From NCBI GenBank assembly GCA_963817895.1, contig CAWFQB010000001.1, positions 1,568,001-1,632,000 on the forward strand: DNA of 64,000 nucleotides, written 5' to 3'. Positions 9,085 to 19,566 of this stretch are shown in pieces (the first letter of the stretch is position 1; every line of letters begins with the position of its first letter). The position numbers and the translations under genes were made by a program. The notes under the pieces are model-generated. The model was not told where the DNA came from and did no database searches. It worked only from the letters and a program-made list of their open reading frames with translations. The stretch is from an uncultured Chthonomonadaceae bacterium. GTDB lineage: Bacteria; Armatimonadota; Chthonomonadetes; Chthonomonadales; Chthonomonadaceae.

Positions 9085-11298
9085 TTACTTCCTTGCCAAT
9101 TTCTCCATCTTAACCGCGCCGGGTTTGCCGATTTTGAGCAGAACGCAGCCGTGCGCGGGAACGGACACGCTGTACTTGCCATCGTACATGCCCAGGTTTT
9201 TGTGCAGCCACAGATCGCGCACGGGCTGCCTGCCTTTCAACCCCAAATCCGCCCAGTTCGCCGTGACTTCGGTTGCTTCCACGCCGCTGTTGACCAGGCC
9301 GACGGCCATTGTGCCATCCGCGAGCGGACGCGCCCAGACTTCTTTGCCCCCGTCGAGCAGGACGCGGCCGGCGGGTTTGCCGAGCGGGTCCTGATTGATG
9401 TCGAGCGCTTCGTCGTTGGACAGCAGCGCAACGGTAAACTTCGACATTTGCGACATGTCACAGCCGATGAGCAGGGGCGAGGAGAGCAGGCACCACATCG
9501 AGATGTGCAGTATCTGCTCGTTGGGCGTCAGGCGCGACTCGTGCAGGCTTGGCCCCCAGCCCACTTTGCCGACGACCAGCATATCCGGGTCGTTCCAGTG
9601 TCCCGGCCCGGCGAACTTCTCGTGTCCGTTCTGGCTGGAATAGATGCCGTGCAGGCTGCCCCAACTGTCGTTGATGTCGCCGGTCGTGCGCCAGCAGTTG
9701 CCTTTGATTTCGTCGCTGCCGCCCCACTTCCACACGTCCGCCATGCCGTACTGGCACAGGCTGTACACAATGTCCCGGTCGGTTTTGTCCAGCGCGTCGC
9801 CCATGACGTGATAGGGGAGTTTCTGCTTTTCCAGTTCGGGCAGGGTCTGCTCGTCCGCGATGCCGCCATACGAACACCAGTCGTATTTGAGGTAATCAAT
9901 GCCCCATTTGGCGTACGTATTCGCGTCCTGCTGCTCGTGCTGGTAACTGGCCTCGAAATTGGCGCAGGTTTTGGGGCCGGGGGAGGAGTAAATGCCCAGT
10001 TTCAGGCCCTTGCTGTGAACGTAATCGGCCAAGGCTTTCATGTCGGGGAATTTGGAGTTGGTTTCGATTTCGCCGGTTGCGCTCCGTCCCGCTTCCCACG
10101 TATCGTCAATGTTGACGTACTGAAAGCCGTGTCCCGCCAGTCCGCTTTTGAGCATCCCATCGGCGGCGGCTTTCACTTTGTCGCTGTCTACCGCGCCCGC
10201 CCAGCAGTTCCAACTGTTCCAGCCCATGGGAGGCGTGAGCGCGAGTTTGTGTTTGCCGCCCACAATGGTCAGTTTGCGGGTCGCCTTGCCCTGCGCACTG
10301 GTAACGGTCAGGGTTACGTCCGTCATGCCGTCCTGCTGCAACGCGCCGGAAATCACGCCGGTTTGCGCGTCCAGTTTCAGGCCGGTCGGAAGGTTTTTCG
10401 CCGCGTAGGTAAGCGGGCCATCTCCCGTTGCCGGAATCAGGAACAGGAACGGGTGTCCGGGCGTGGCTCCCGTGATGCGCGGGCCGTGAATGGCGGGCTT
10501 TGGGTCGGCGGGTTCCGTTTCCATGCGCGGCGGGTCAACGGGAACGGTCATCACGGTCGGCTTTGCGGTCGCGCCGTCTACTAATTCAATACGCGCGCCC
10601 GCCCAATCGCCGTGATCGCTGTCCATGCCGTCGCCCGCATCCGTCACGTGCAGCAGCATTTTTTTCGCGCCCGTCAAATCCACGGAGATCAGTTTAGCCA
10701 AAGCGCCGCCCCGCATCACGCCGCTGTCGGCCACTTTTTTGCCGTCCAGCCATACTTCAAAGGTCACGGAACCCGAACCGGTCTTTTCATCGTCCACGCC
10801 CACCATTGACAAAAACCGCTTGCCCGCGCCTTTCAAATCAATTATCAGCGTACTGTTCGCATGAGTGCCGACGCCATGCGCGTAAACCCGATTGTGAAGC
10901 CGAATTGGGCTGTTGTCTACGGAGCGGCGGCGCATGGGCGTACCGTATCCCTGCTCCATCTGCCGAATGTCCAAATCTTCCAGCCACATCGTATTCGCGG
11001 GGAGTTGTTCGCCCACCATCGTGTCTTCGTCAATCTGACCAGACTGCGCAAACGCAATCGTGGTGACGGAAGCGCGGGACGTGGCGAAAACGCCCGCGTC
11101 CGGCGGGTTTGGAACGGCGTAGCGCGCGGCGGAACAGCACGAATTTCGCGCGTTGTCCGTCTTTTCGGCGTCCTGCGCATGGGAGGGCGCGTTCAGCAGC
11201 GCGGCAAATGCGCCCGATACCGCCACAGCGGAAACCGCGCCGATTATAAATTTATTGTGAGCGGCTGGAATTTGTTTTCTCAAGACTCTTCTCCTCAT
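9085..11298 (-). CDS. alpha-galactosidase (GH27) with NPCBM/NEW2 and He_PIG Ig domains
   Basis: LTPPMGWNSWN, YVNIDDTW, WGIDYLKYDWC, CWRTTGDI, WNDPDML; GVGTHANS NPCBM motif. Confidence 0.95.
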   Translation of the reverse strand: MRRRVLRKQIPAAHNKFIIGAVSAVAVSGAFAALLNAPSHAQDAEKTDNARNSCCSAARYAVPNPPDAGVFATSRASVTTIAFAQSGQIDEDTMVGEQLPANTMWLEDLDIRQMEQGYGTPMRRRSVDNSPIRLHNRVYAHGVGTHANSTLIIDLKGAGKRFLSMVGVDDEKTGSGSVTFEVWLDGKKVADSGVMRGGALAKLISVDLTGAKKMLLHVTDAGDGMDSDHGDWAGARIELVDGATAKPTVMTVPVDPPRMETEPADPKPAIHGPRITGATPGHPFLFLIPATGDGPLTYAAKNLPTGLKLDAQTGVISGALQQDGMTDVTLTVTSAQGKATRKLTIVGGKHKLALTPPMGWNSWNCWAGAVDSDKVKAAADGMLKSGLAGHGFQYVNIDDTWEAGRSATGEIETNSKFPDMKALADYVHSKGLKLGIYSSPGPKTCANFEASYQHEQQDANTYAKWGIDYLKYDWCSYGGIADEQTLPELEKQKLPYHVMGDALDKTDRDIVYSLCQYGMADVWKWGGSDEIKGNCWRTTGDINDSWGSLHGIYSSQNGHEKFAGPGHWNDPDMLVVGKVGWGPSLHESRLTPNEQILHISMWCLLSSPLLIGCDMSQMSKFTVALLSNDEALDINQDPLGKPAGRVLLDGGKEVWARPLADGTMAVGLVNSGVEATEVTANWADLGLKGRQPVRDLWLHKNLGMYDGKYSVSVPAHGCVLLKIGKPGAVKMEKLARK

Positions 11299-11358
11299 TT
11301 GGGTTTCTTATGTTCTGTCCCATACTACGCAGGGGCGCGAGGAATGGCGGCATGGTCA

Positions 11359-12459
11359 TTATTTCAGCGGCGTGAGCAGGTAGGCGTGGGGCGCGCCTTT
11401 GTAGTTGCCCGTGCCGCAAATCTGACCGCTGTTATTGATGGCTTTGGCGCCAATCAGTTCCCAGCCTGAGTTGGCGTCAATGCGTGTATTCAAATCGGTG
11501 AATTGACCATTCTGATACACGTAGGCATGAAAGCGCGGCAAATTGTTGACCGGCGTAAGTTGGCGCTGTCCGACAATCTGGCCGGAATCGTTGACGCCCT
11601 GCGCATTGAGGGCAAGGCCGGCAGAATCCATGTCGTGTATCTGCCCGTTCTGCCAGTAAACGGCGTGAAACGCGCCCGCTCTGGTCAGGACGGATTTGCC
11701 CACAATCAGGCCGTTGTTGTTGATCGCCGAGGCTGAACTGTAATCGCTGCCCAAAGTGCCTAAATCCGACATTTTGCCATTTTGCCACACAAAAGCGTGC
11801 TGAACGGGTACGCCGTTCGCCTGCAAAACGCCGGTTGCGGACACACCGACAATCTGGCCCTGATTGTTGATACTCGTGGCGCGACTGCCGCCCGAACCGC
11901 CGGTTTGCGGCGGCGAGGTTGCGCCCAACACGCCCAGATCGGTTGCTTGCCCGTTCGCGTATAGAACCGCGTGTACCACATAGGGTTGATCTTCGCGGCC
12001 AATGCCGGAAAAGCCTGCAATCTGCCCCTGATTGTTGATGGCGGCAGCGCTCAGGCTGATAACGCCGCCATCCGGGGTAGTGGCGAGCGAGGGAATCAGT
12101 TTGAGCGTTCCGTTCTGGTACAGTCCACTGCTGCCCACAATCACGCCGCTGTCGTTGACCGCGCTCAATCCAATAGCGTTGAGGGGCGTGACGTTGCCAT
12201 CGTACAGAAAAGAAACCGGCTGATTCTGCCCCGGCTGCGCGTTGGTATTGGGCTGCACACTCCCGATGTTATGTACAACTCCTTCGCCAACAACAATTCC
12301 GGTACTGTTCAAGCCCAGCGCCGAACTGCTGCTGAACCGGTCGCCTAAATCCGTAATCGCGTAGCGCGTTGGCAGTGATGTTGAATTGCCGCCATTGCCG
12401 CCGCATCCATTCAGCAACAGCAAGCCCGCAAGTGCGCCGAACATAAGTTGCGCTCTCAT
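11359..12459 (-). CDS. HAF-repeat extracellular lipoprotein
   Basis: Lipobox LNGC; repeated AINNQGQIVG...HAFVWQNGKMSDLGTLG units. Confidence 0.88.
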   Translation of the reverse strand: MRAQLMFGALAGLLLLNGCGGNGGNSTSLPTRYAITDLGDRFSSSSALGLNSTGIVVGEGVVHNIGSVQPNTNAQPGQNQPVSFLYDGNVTPLNAIGLSAVNDSGVIVGSSGLYQNGTLKLIPSLATTPDGGVISLSAAAINNQGQIAGFSGIGREDQPYVVHAVLYANGQATDLGVLGATSPPQTGGSGGSRATSINNQGQIVGVSATGVLQANGVPVQHAFVWQNGKMSDLGTLGSDYSSASAINNNGLIVGKSVLTRAGAFHAVYWQNGQIHDMDSAGLALNAQGVNDSGQIVGQRQLTPVNNLPRFHAYVYQNGQFTDLNTRIDANSGWELIGAKAINNSGQICGTGNYKGAPHAYLLTPLK

Positions 12460-12489
12460 AGTATCTCTCCCTTCTCGCAAAGCCCGAAA

Positions 12490-12891
12490 TCATTTCGCGG
12501 GCTGCAAATCCGCTTCCAGCGATACGGTTCTGACGCCGCACACTTCCCTGACCACGCGGACGTTCTTCATTTCATAAGGCTGATAGCCGGTTTTCGTAAC
12601 GCGAACGGTGAACACGCCCCCATCGAAGGCTCCCTGAAAGCTGAGAACTTTCCCCTGAGCGTCGGTGGCATGAGGGCGCAGGGTTTCCACAACCGTTCCG
12701 CTTTGAGCCGTGGCGACCGCGCCATCCGCAATAGAGGCGTGGGTCTGCGCATCTACAACCGTAACCACAATCCCCGGCAGAACAACATCGCCGCAGGTGA
12801 AAGCATTGGAACTGCCGCAGCCCCCGACAGACAGCGCAGACAGTATCAGCAGGCAAGCGGCAATCAAGCGTGAGAAGAAAAAACGTTTCAT
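12490..12891 (-). CDS. lipoprotein with carboxypeptidase-regulatory-like beta-sandwich
   Basis: Signal peptide with VGGC; VTVVDAQTHASIADGAV...FTVRVTKTGY. Confidence 0.75.
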   Translation of the reverse strand: MKRFFFSRLIAACLLILSALSVGGCGSSNAFTCGDVVLPGIVVTVVDAQTHASIADGAVATAQSGTVVETLRPHATDAQGKVLSFQGAFDGGVFTVRVTKTGYQPYEMKNVRVVREVCGVRTVSLEADLQPAK

Positions 12892-13035
12892 GGGCAGGCT
12901 TTCTACAGGAGATGTGACCGAGCGGGCGCAGCCGGGGAAGCCGCGCCTGTCAGGTCATGGTGAGCAAACAGGGAGAACGAGGGGGATTGGGGAGAACGTT
13001 TACAAGCCGGTTACAGGGACGGACGGCGCGGAGCG

Positions 13036-14291
13036 CTACCAGTCGGATTTTACATACTCCTTCCAGCAGCGGACGTACACGTCATTGGTTTGTTTGGCGA
13101 TGTTGGCCCAGTTGAACACGGTTGCGATACGGGTCAGGGCTTCTTCGGCCATCGCTTTTGCGCGTTCGGGGTTGTACAGCACATACAGAGGCCGTCCGCC
13201 AAACTGCCGGGATTGTCCGCGAACGTCGTAATGCCGGTCACGTTGTTTTCCACCACTTCGGGCAAGCCGCCCGCATTGGAAACCACTACCGGAACATGCG
13301 CCGCCATGCCCTCCAGAGCCACAATGCCGAACGGCTCGTACAAACTCGGGAAACACGCGATGTCGGCCACTTTATACAGGCGCAACAGCGCGTCATCGGG
13401 AATGAAACCCGTAAACAGAACATGCGCGCTCATGCCGATGGCGGCGGCCTGATCCACCAGATGCTGCCGATACCCGCCGCCCGCGATCACCAGTTTGGCG
13501 TCGTGGTAGGACTGGCGCACACTGGGCAGGGCGTCAATCAGAACCTGCGCCCCTTTTTCCCGTACCCCCCTGCCGACAAACATGATGATTTTTTCATTGG
13601 GCGCGGCGAACTGCGCCCGAAATGAAGCGGCTTCTTCGGGCGGAAAATCGAAGGCGAACTTGTCGGGATTGACGCCGTTGGGGATGATGTCCAGTTTGTC
13701 GGCAGGCGAGTGGAGGGCATGCATCACTTCATGCTGCATGAAATGGGTGCAGACGATCACGCGCCACGATTCATACACCAGTTTCCATTCGATGCTGTTG
13801 ATATAGGTTTGCATTTCGTTGTGGATGCCGTTGTTGCGCCCGTACTCCGTCGCGTGAATCGTGCCAACAAGCGGCAGTTTGTACGTGTGCTTCAATTCGT
13901 TGGCCGCGAACCAGACGAGCCAATCGTGCGCGTGAAGAACAATGGCGTCTTTGTTGGAGAGTTTTTTCGGGTCGCGGAGGGGATCGCCCGCTTTCTTGCC
14001 CGCCAGCCATTCGCGGCAAAGCGCGTCCGCCCGGTCGCGCATGGCGGCATTGAGCTGGTGTATCCAGTGGAAAAAGTCTTTATGCCCGCCCGGAGCGTCA
14101 TACGCGGCAACCCGGTGGACATGGACGCCCGCCACGATCTCTTCCGCCGCCGCGCCCGGAAAGTCGCAGGTCACGACATGGACCTCTACGCCCGGCAGTT
14201 TCGCCAGTTCCCACGACAACTCTTCCACATGGCGGGCAATGCCGCCCACGATTTTGGGAGGATACTCCCACGAAAGCATTAGTATTCGCAC
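13036..14291 (-). CDS. GT4 glycosyltransferase (one frame change near 13190)
   Basis: MLSWEYPPKIVGG, HAHDW, FVGRGVREKG, FPSLYEPFGIVALEGMA; C-terminus FNWANIAKQT in another frame. Confidence 0.92.
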
Positions 14292-14389
14292 GATTGGCCT
14301 CCTGTCGCTTCGCCGCGATCTATTCCTGACGCGCTAATTCCACATACCGCTTCCGTCCTCCTGCACGAATTCAAATACAAAAACAACTT

Positions 14390-14427
14390 TCACCACCGAG
14401 ACACAGAGACACAGAGGTTTCACAGAG
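14390..14427 (+). repeat. left arm of 38-bp inverted repeat flanking xisHI
   Basis: TCACCACCGAGACACAGAGACACAGAGGTTTCACAGAG; 37/38 complementary to 15387-15424. Confidence 0.92.
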
Positions 14428-14491
14428 GAATACGAGGGAAAGAACCGCTAAACACACGAAGTAAACGAAAAGAAGAGCGGAGTTTTTGCGC

Positions 14492-14520
14492 TTGACGTTT
14501 CCGGCGTTTCCCGCTACAAT
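14492..14520 (+). promoter_or_regulatory. sigma70-type promoter for xisHI
   Basis: TTGACG-N17-TACAAT, 26 nt before the ATG. Confidence 0.7.
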
Positions 14521-14546
14521 TGAGAAGGGAAGCGGAAGGAGATTCT

Positions 14547-14963
14547 ATGTCGCGGCGAGATTTGTTTCATACGGCGGTGGTTCATGCGCTGGAACGGGAG
14601 GGCTGGACAATTACGGATGACCCGTACTATCTGGAATATGGCGCTCAGATGCTGCAAATTGATCTCGGCGCACAGATGCCGATTGCGGCGGAGCGAGCGG
14701 GGCGCAAAATCGCGGTTGAGATAAAGAGTTTCGCGGGTAAAACGGAGATGGTAGAATTTTACGCGGCGGTGGGGCAGTTTGTGACGTATCAGGACGCGCT
14801 GCAAGCGCAGGAACCGGAGCGGGTCTTGTATCTTGCGGTTCCTGATGAGGCTTTTGCCGCCCTGTTCGATACGGCGCGAGGCCGCAGTTTGCAAAAAAGG
14901 CTTTCGCTCTTTTTGCTGGTGTATCATTCCCAAAAGGAGACAATCACGCAATGGATAGAGTAG
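14547..14963 (+). CDS. xisH: XisH family protein (PD-(D/E)XK-like)
   Basis: SRRDLFHTAVVHALEREGWTITDDP, IDLGA, IAVEIKSF, AVGQFVTY, RVLYLAVP. Confidence 0.93.
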   Translation: MSRRDLFHTAVVHALEREGWTITDDPYYLEYGAQMLQIDLGAQMPIAAERAGRKIAVEIKSFAGKTEMVEFYAAVGQFVTYQDALQAQEPERVLYLAVPDEAFAALFDTARGRSLQKRLSLFLLVYHSQKETITQWIE

Positions 14964-15286
14964 CGGATTACGGGGCTATCGTGAAACATATTGTGGACGG
15001 AATTGCCGACCAAATCCCTGAAGACGAGGAGGTGCGAACAGAACGCAATTACGACGCAGAGCGCGGTCATTATGAACTGTTGCGCGTGGGCTGGCGCGAC
15101 ACGCGCCGTCTGCATGGAATCGTGCTTCATGTTGATATTCGGAACGACAAAGTCTGGATTGAGCATGACGGGACGGAAGACGGAATTGTGGATGAACTGC
15201 TGGAAGCGGGAATTCCGAAAGAGCATATCGTGCTGGCATTCCACCCGCCTTACAAGCGCCCCTATACCGGCTTTGCGGTCGCATGA
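14951..15286 (+). CDS. xisI: XisI family protein
   Basis: HVDIRNDKVWIEHDGTEDGIVDELLEAGIPKEHIVLAFHPPYKRPYTGFAVA. Confidence 0.95.
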   Translation: MDRVADYGAIVKHIVDGIADQIPEDEEVRTERNYDAERGHYELLRVGWRDTRRLHGIVLHVDIRNDKVWIEHDGTEDGIVDELLEAGIPKEHIVLAFHPPYKRPYTGFAVA

Positions 15287-15386
15287 GGCTCTCTAAGAGG
15301 TTTCACAGAGAAACAAAGAAGAGAGGAGGATGAGCGACTGTTGCGTCTTCAGCGTTTTCCTCACTCCTCGTTTTCTCTCCTTAAAT

Positions 15387-15424
15387 CTCTGTGAAACCTC
15401 TGTGTCTCTGTGTCTCTGTGGTGA
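15387..15424 (-). repeat. right arm of 38-bp inverted repeat flanking xisHI
   Basis: CTCTGTGAAACCTCTGTGTCTCTGTGTCTCTGTGGTGA. Confidence 0.92.
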
Positions 15425-15516
15425 GACGCATTTTACGATGATTTCATGTTACAATAAGGTATGTGCGTACCCCTTGCTTGTCGTGGCGTTGAAGGAGTTC
15501 AAGCGTGAAATTTCGG

Positions 15517-16865
15517 ATGATAAAGTTGTGGCTGATGTTGCCTGTTTCGTTGGCGGGGGCAGTGGCCGGGGGGCTGACCGTTGGTGCGTTCTATAGCGCG
15601 GGCGGAAACCCCGGCGAATACCGTTGCGGTCAAAGCCAAAGCGGGCGCGGAAGCGGGGCGGAATCTGACGTTCACGCGGGACATCGCGCCCATTATGAAC
15701 CAGAATTGCGCGGTTTGCCATCGCGCTGGAGAAGTGGCCCCGTTTACCCTCGCGTCTTATAAGGATATGCAGAAACGCGCGCAGCAGATCGCGCTGGTCA
15801 CGGCAAAACGCATCATGCCGCCCTGGAAGGCCGACTCGCATGGCGAATTTCAGGACGAGCGGCGTTTGACGGATGGGCAAATCGCTTTGATTCAGGAATG
15901 GGTGAAGCAGGGCGCGAAAGAGGGCAAACCTGCCGACTTGCCACCCGCGCCCGAAATTTGCCGCCGGGTGGTCGTTGGGAACGCCGGATATGATGGCGCA
16001 GCCGCCTGCCGAGTTCAAAGTCGGCGCGGAGGGGCGCGACGTGTACCGCTGCTACGTGGTTCCCACCAGATTTTACCGAAGACCGTTGGGTATCCGCTAT
16101 TGACGTGCATCCGGGCAATCGCGCGGTCGTGCATCATATCATCGCGTATGTGGATACGACGGGCAAGGCCAAACGCCTGAACGCCGACGCCAGAGACACC
16201 GAGTTGGGACCGGGCTATACCACAGGCGGCGGCGTCGGGTTTATGCCGTCCGGCATGTTGGGCGGATGGGCGCCGGGGGCAATGCCGCACCGCCTGCCTG
16301 CCGATACGGGTATTCTGCTGCCCAAAGGTGCCGACATTGTTCTGGAAGTGCATTACCACAAGAACGGCAAGCCCGAAATCCGACCGCTCGCAGGTGGCCG
16401 TGTACTTCAACAAGGGCGAAGTGGACCATCCCTTCCGTATTGTGCCGCTGTTGCAGCACAACCTGAATTTGCAGCCGGGGGCAAGCAATCAGGAGGTTCG
16501 TTTCGACCTGCCGATTCCCGTTCCCGCGAATACCACGCTGATGACTGTGTTCCCGCACATGCACATGCTGGGCCGCAACATGACCGTCACCGCCGACCTG
16601 CCGGACGGCGCAAAGAAAACGCTCATTGACGTGCCGGATTGGGATTTCAACTGGCAGGGCTTTTACTATTACAAGCAGCCGGTGAAACTGCCCGCCGGTT
16701 CCAAACTACATCTGGTGGCGCACTACGACAACTCGACCGGCAACCCGCGCAATCCGAACAGTCCGCCCCAAATTGGCGCATTGGGGCGAACAGACAACGG
16801 ATGAAATGTGCCTGTGCTATCTGGGCTTCACCTTAGACGCCGAACACGCGCGCGAAATCCGCTAA
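15517..16865 (+). CDS. secreted cytochrome c / copper type II ascorbate-dependent monooxygenase-like protein (several frame changes)
   Basis: CAVCH heme motif, VVHHII, EVHYH, FPHMH, WDFNWQ, WGEQTTDEMC in successive frames. Confidence 0.8.
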
Positions 16866-16908
16866 AACCGAAGCCGCCCAAAATCGCGGACAAAGCCGCT
16901 GGAGCGCA

Positions 16909-18840
16909 ATGATGAAGCGTCTAGTGATGGCGCTTCGCATTGTGCTGGCAATGTTGGCGCAGGGGCGCGGGGCAAGCGCTGAGTCGCTGACGTTTACCCA
17001 AAACATCGCGCCTATCATTTTCAACAACTGCGCTAATTGCCACCGTCCGGGCGAAGTGGCGCCGTTTTCCCTGCTCACGTATCAGGATGTTGCCAAGCGG
17101 GCGAAGCAGATCGGCATTGTCACGCAAAAGCGCCTTATGCCGCCCTGGAAACTGGAACCTGGCTATGGCGAGTTTCAGCACGAGCGGCGGTTGACGGACA
17201 CGCAAATCGCCCTGATACAGCAGTGGGCGAATGAGGGCGCGAAAGAGGGCAATCCTCCGATTTGCCGCCCGCTCCGCAGTTCCCGGATGGCTGGCAGTTG
17301 GGCAAGCCCGACATGATTTTGACGATGCCCAAAGCCTTTACGGTTCCCGCCGAGGGCAAGGACGTGAACCGGAGTTTCGTGGTTTCCCTGCATCTGCCCG
17401 CCGACAAGTATGTTCGCGCAACCGAAGTTCGGCCCGGAGATCGCCGCGTGGTTCACCATGTCACGTTGATGATGGACAAAAGCGGCAAAGCAAAGCAATT
17501 GGAAGCGCAGCAGGGCGGGCCGGGAGCGGGCTACGTCAGTTTCGGCGGGCCGGGATTTCTGCCCTCCGGCGGCCTGCCCGGATACGTGCCGGGAGTGGGC
17601 GCGGAAGTTTTGCCCGCCGATGCATCTGGCGTGTTGCCCAAAGACATAGACCTCGTATTCGGGATGCACTACCACCCTGACGGGCAGGCAAGCGCAGGAT
17701 CAAACATCCGTCGGATTGTATTTTACGGACAAGCCGCCAACAAAAATCGCGTCGCTGATTGCGATGGGCGTTCTCAACATTGACATTGCGCCGGGAGAGA
17801 AAGACCATTTAGAGGAGACGACGTACACCCTGCCCGTCGATGTGGAAGTGGAAAGCGTTTATGAACACATGCACCTTATCGGCAAGACCTGCAAACTGTG
17901 GGCCGAACTGCCGGACCATTCCACCAGACCGATTATCAAAATCAACGATTGGGATTTCAACTGGCAGTCCACCTACCATGTGAAAGAGCGTTATCGCCTG
18001 CCCAAAGGAACCATTCTGCATGGCGAATGGACGCACGACAATTCCGCCGACAATCCCGCCAACCCGAACCATCCGCCCAGAGAGGTAAAGAACGGCGAGG
18101 ATTACGTAAATGAAATGGCGGGCGTTCTGGTGAATGTGTATGTGGACACCCCAACTGACAACGGCATATTATGGGTCGCCAATCTGGGACATTTAGGCGC
18201 GGCTTCCGTCCGCCCGGCCGCGCTGCGCCGCGAAAAACGTTCCAATCTGGGCGCGATCCTGCTGGAAAACGGCGTAAACGGCGCGACGGGACTGGCGATA
18301 GACGGCATGGCGAACCCGCGCGGTTGGCTGGCAAAGGGCGCGTTGGCGCTGGCGGCGTTTCTCGCCCTGCCCGGACTGCTGGCTCTGCTGCTGCCCCATG
18401 CCACAACCCGCGCCGCCGACAAACTCGATCAATCGTTCGGGCGTTGCCTCGGTTTCGGACTGGCGGTTCTGCTCGTGTTGCCTATGTCGGTATCGGCTCT
18501 GCTGTTCTCGTTTACGCCGTTCGCGCAACTGTTGGGAATGGGATTGCTGCTGTATTTGTGCGCGTTGTGCGCAACGGGCGCGGGCGGATGGGCGCGGTGG
18601 ATGGCCCGCCGTCTGCGCGGCAATAAGACAAAAGCCGCGAACAGAGCGGAAACGGCGGGGAAACTATTAGCCGGTGGACTGCTCGCGGTTCTGACGTGTC
18701 TGGTTCCCTACGTCGGCTGGCTGCTCCTCGCGCCCCTGTGCCTGACGCTCGGTTTGGGCGCGGGAGTGAGCGCGTTACGCTTCCCTCGCCTCCATTTTCG
18801 CCGTTTTGCCCCTGCCCTTGCCCCGCCGCAACGCGCCTGA
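16909..18840 (+). CDS. second cytochrome c / copper monooxygenase-like paralog with C-terminal multi-TM extension (frame changes near 17255 and 17690)
   Basis: CANCH, VVHHVT, GMHYH, YEHMH, WDFNWQ, NEMAG, then about 5 hydrophobic helices. Confidence 0.78.
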
Positions 18841-18857
18841 GAAAAGCGCAAACGTTG

Positions 18858-19060
18858 GTTTCTACCCTCATCCGGCCTCCGGCCACCTTCTCCCTGCAAG
18901 GGAGAAGGCTAAATTCTTCAATGGGCGGCTGAACAGGGGATTGGAAACACGCAGGCAAAGCCCACGCCGAAACTAATCCCGTAACCAACGCACTCAACCT
19001 CCACGTTAGCCTTCTCCCTTGCAGGGAGAAGGTGGCCGGAGGCCGGATGAGGGTAGAAAC
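18858..19060. repeat. perfect 55-bp inverted repeat (REP/REPIN-like), each arm with an internal hairpin
   Basis: 18858-18912 is the exact reverse complement of 19006-19060; each arm contains a CCTTCTCCC-N5-GGGAGAAGG hairpin. Confidence 0.95.
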
Positions 19061-19523
19061 TATCGTTTAACGCGCAACATTTCCGTATAGCTACGAGGTA
19101 ACGCAAGGACAGACTGCATTTATGAAGATTTCAAACTTGCCAGCAACGCTAAGGCAGCAGCAATAGTGATTGTGATGCCTAAGAGCGTTTAGAAAAAGTA
19201 AAATCCTGCGTTTCTATTCGGCCTCAATGTCGCCTCGCAACGTATTGAAAGCGTTGCGCTTTCACTTCGATGATGCGCCTGCACGGGGCAAAGTAGGCAT
19301 CAGAAAAGACTTTTTCTAAACGCTCTAATACGCGGTAGGCAAGATCACTGCAATCTTCAGCAAGTTTGCGCACCCATGCAAACGCGCTGAGAGCAACATA
19401 AACCTCCCTCGCTTGCTTCGGAAACAGAGCAATTCCGATTCCGCCTGAAATGGGGATGGCAAAAAACATGTGTTCCACGCCATTACTCTCCTAATTCGTT
19501 TTCTCCGTACCCGCCGTAGTTTG

Positions 19524-19566
19524 TTTCTCCTTTTCTCCTTTTCTCCTCTTCTCCTTTTCTTCTCCT
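19524..19566. repeat. TTTCTCCT octamer array
   Basis: About 5 units right after the GH63 stop codon. Confidence 0.7.

Noticed and set aside
9079..10584. Long antisense ORFs (also 28692-30239, 47887-49272, 20318-21409)
   Set aside because: They mirror well-supported genes on the opposite strand, as expected in GC-rich DNA, and carry no recognisable motifs.
14547..15286. fdxN-type developmental excision element
   Set aside because: No XisF-like serine recombinase and no interrupted host gene in the flanks.
19224..19478. 84-aa minus-strand ORF downstream of GH63
   Set aside because: No recognisable motif or clear RBS; cannot be supported as a gene.
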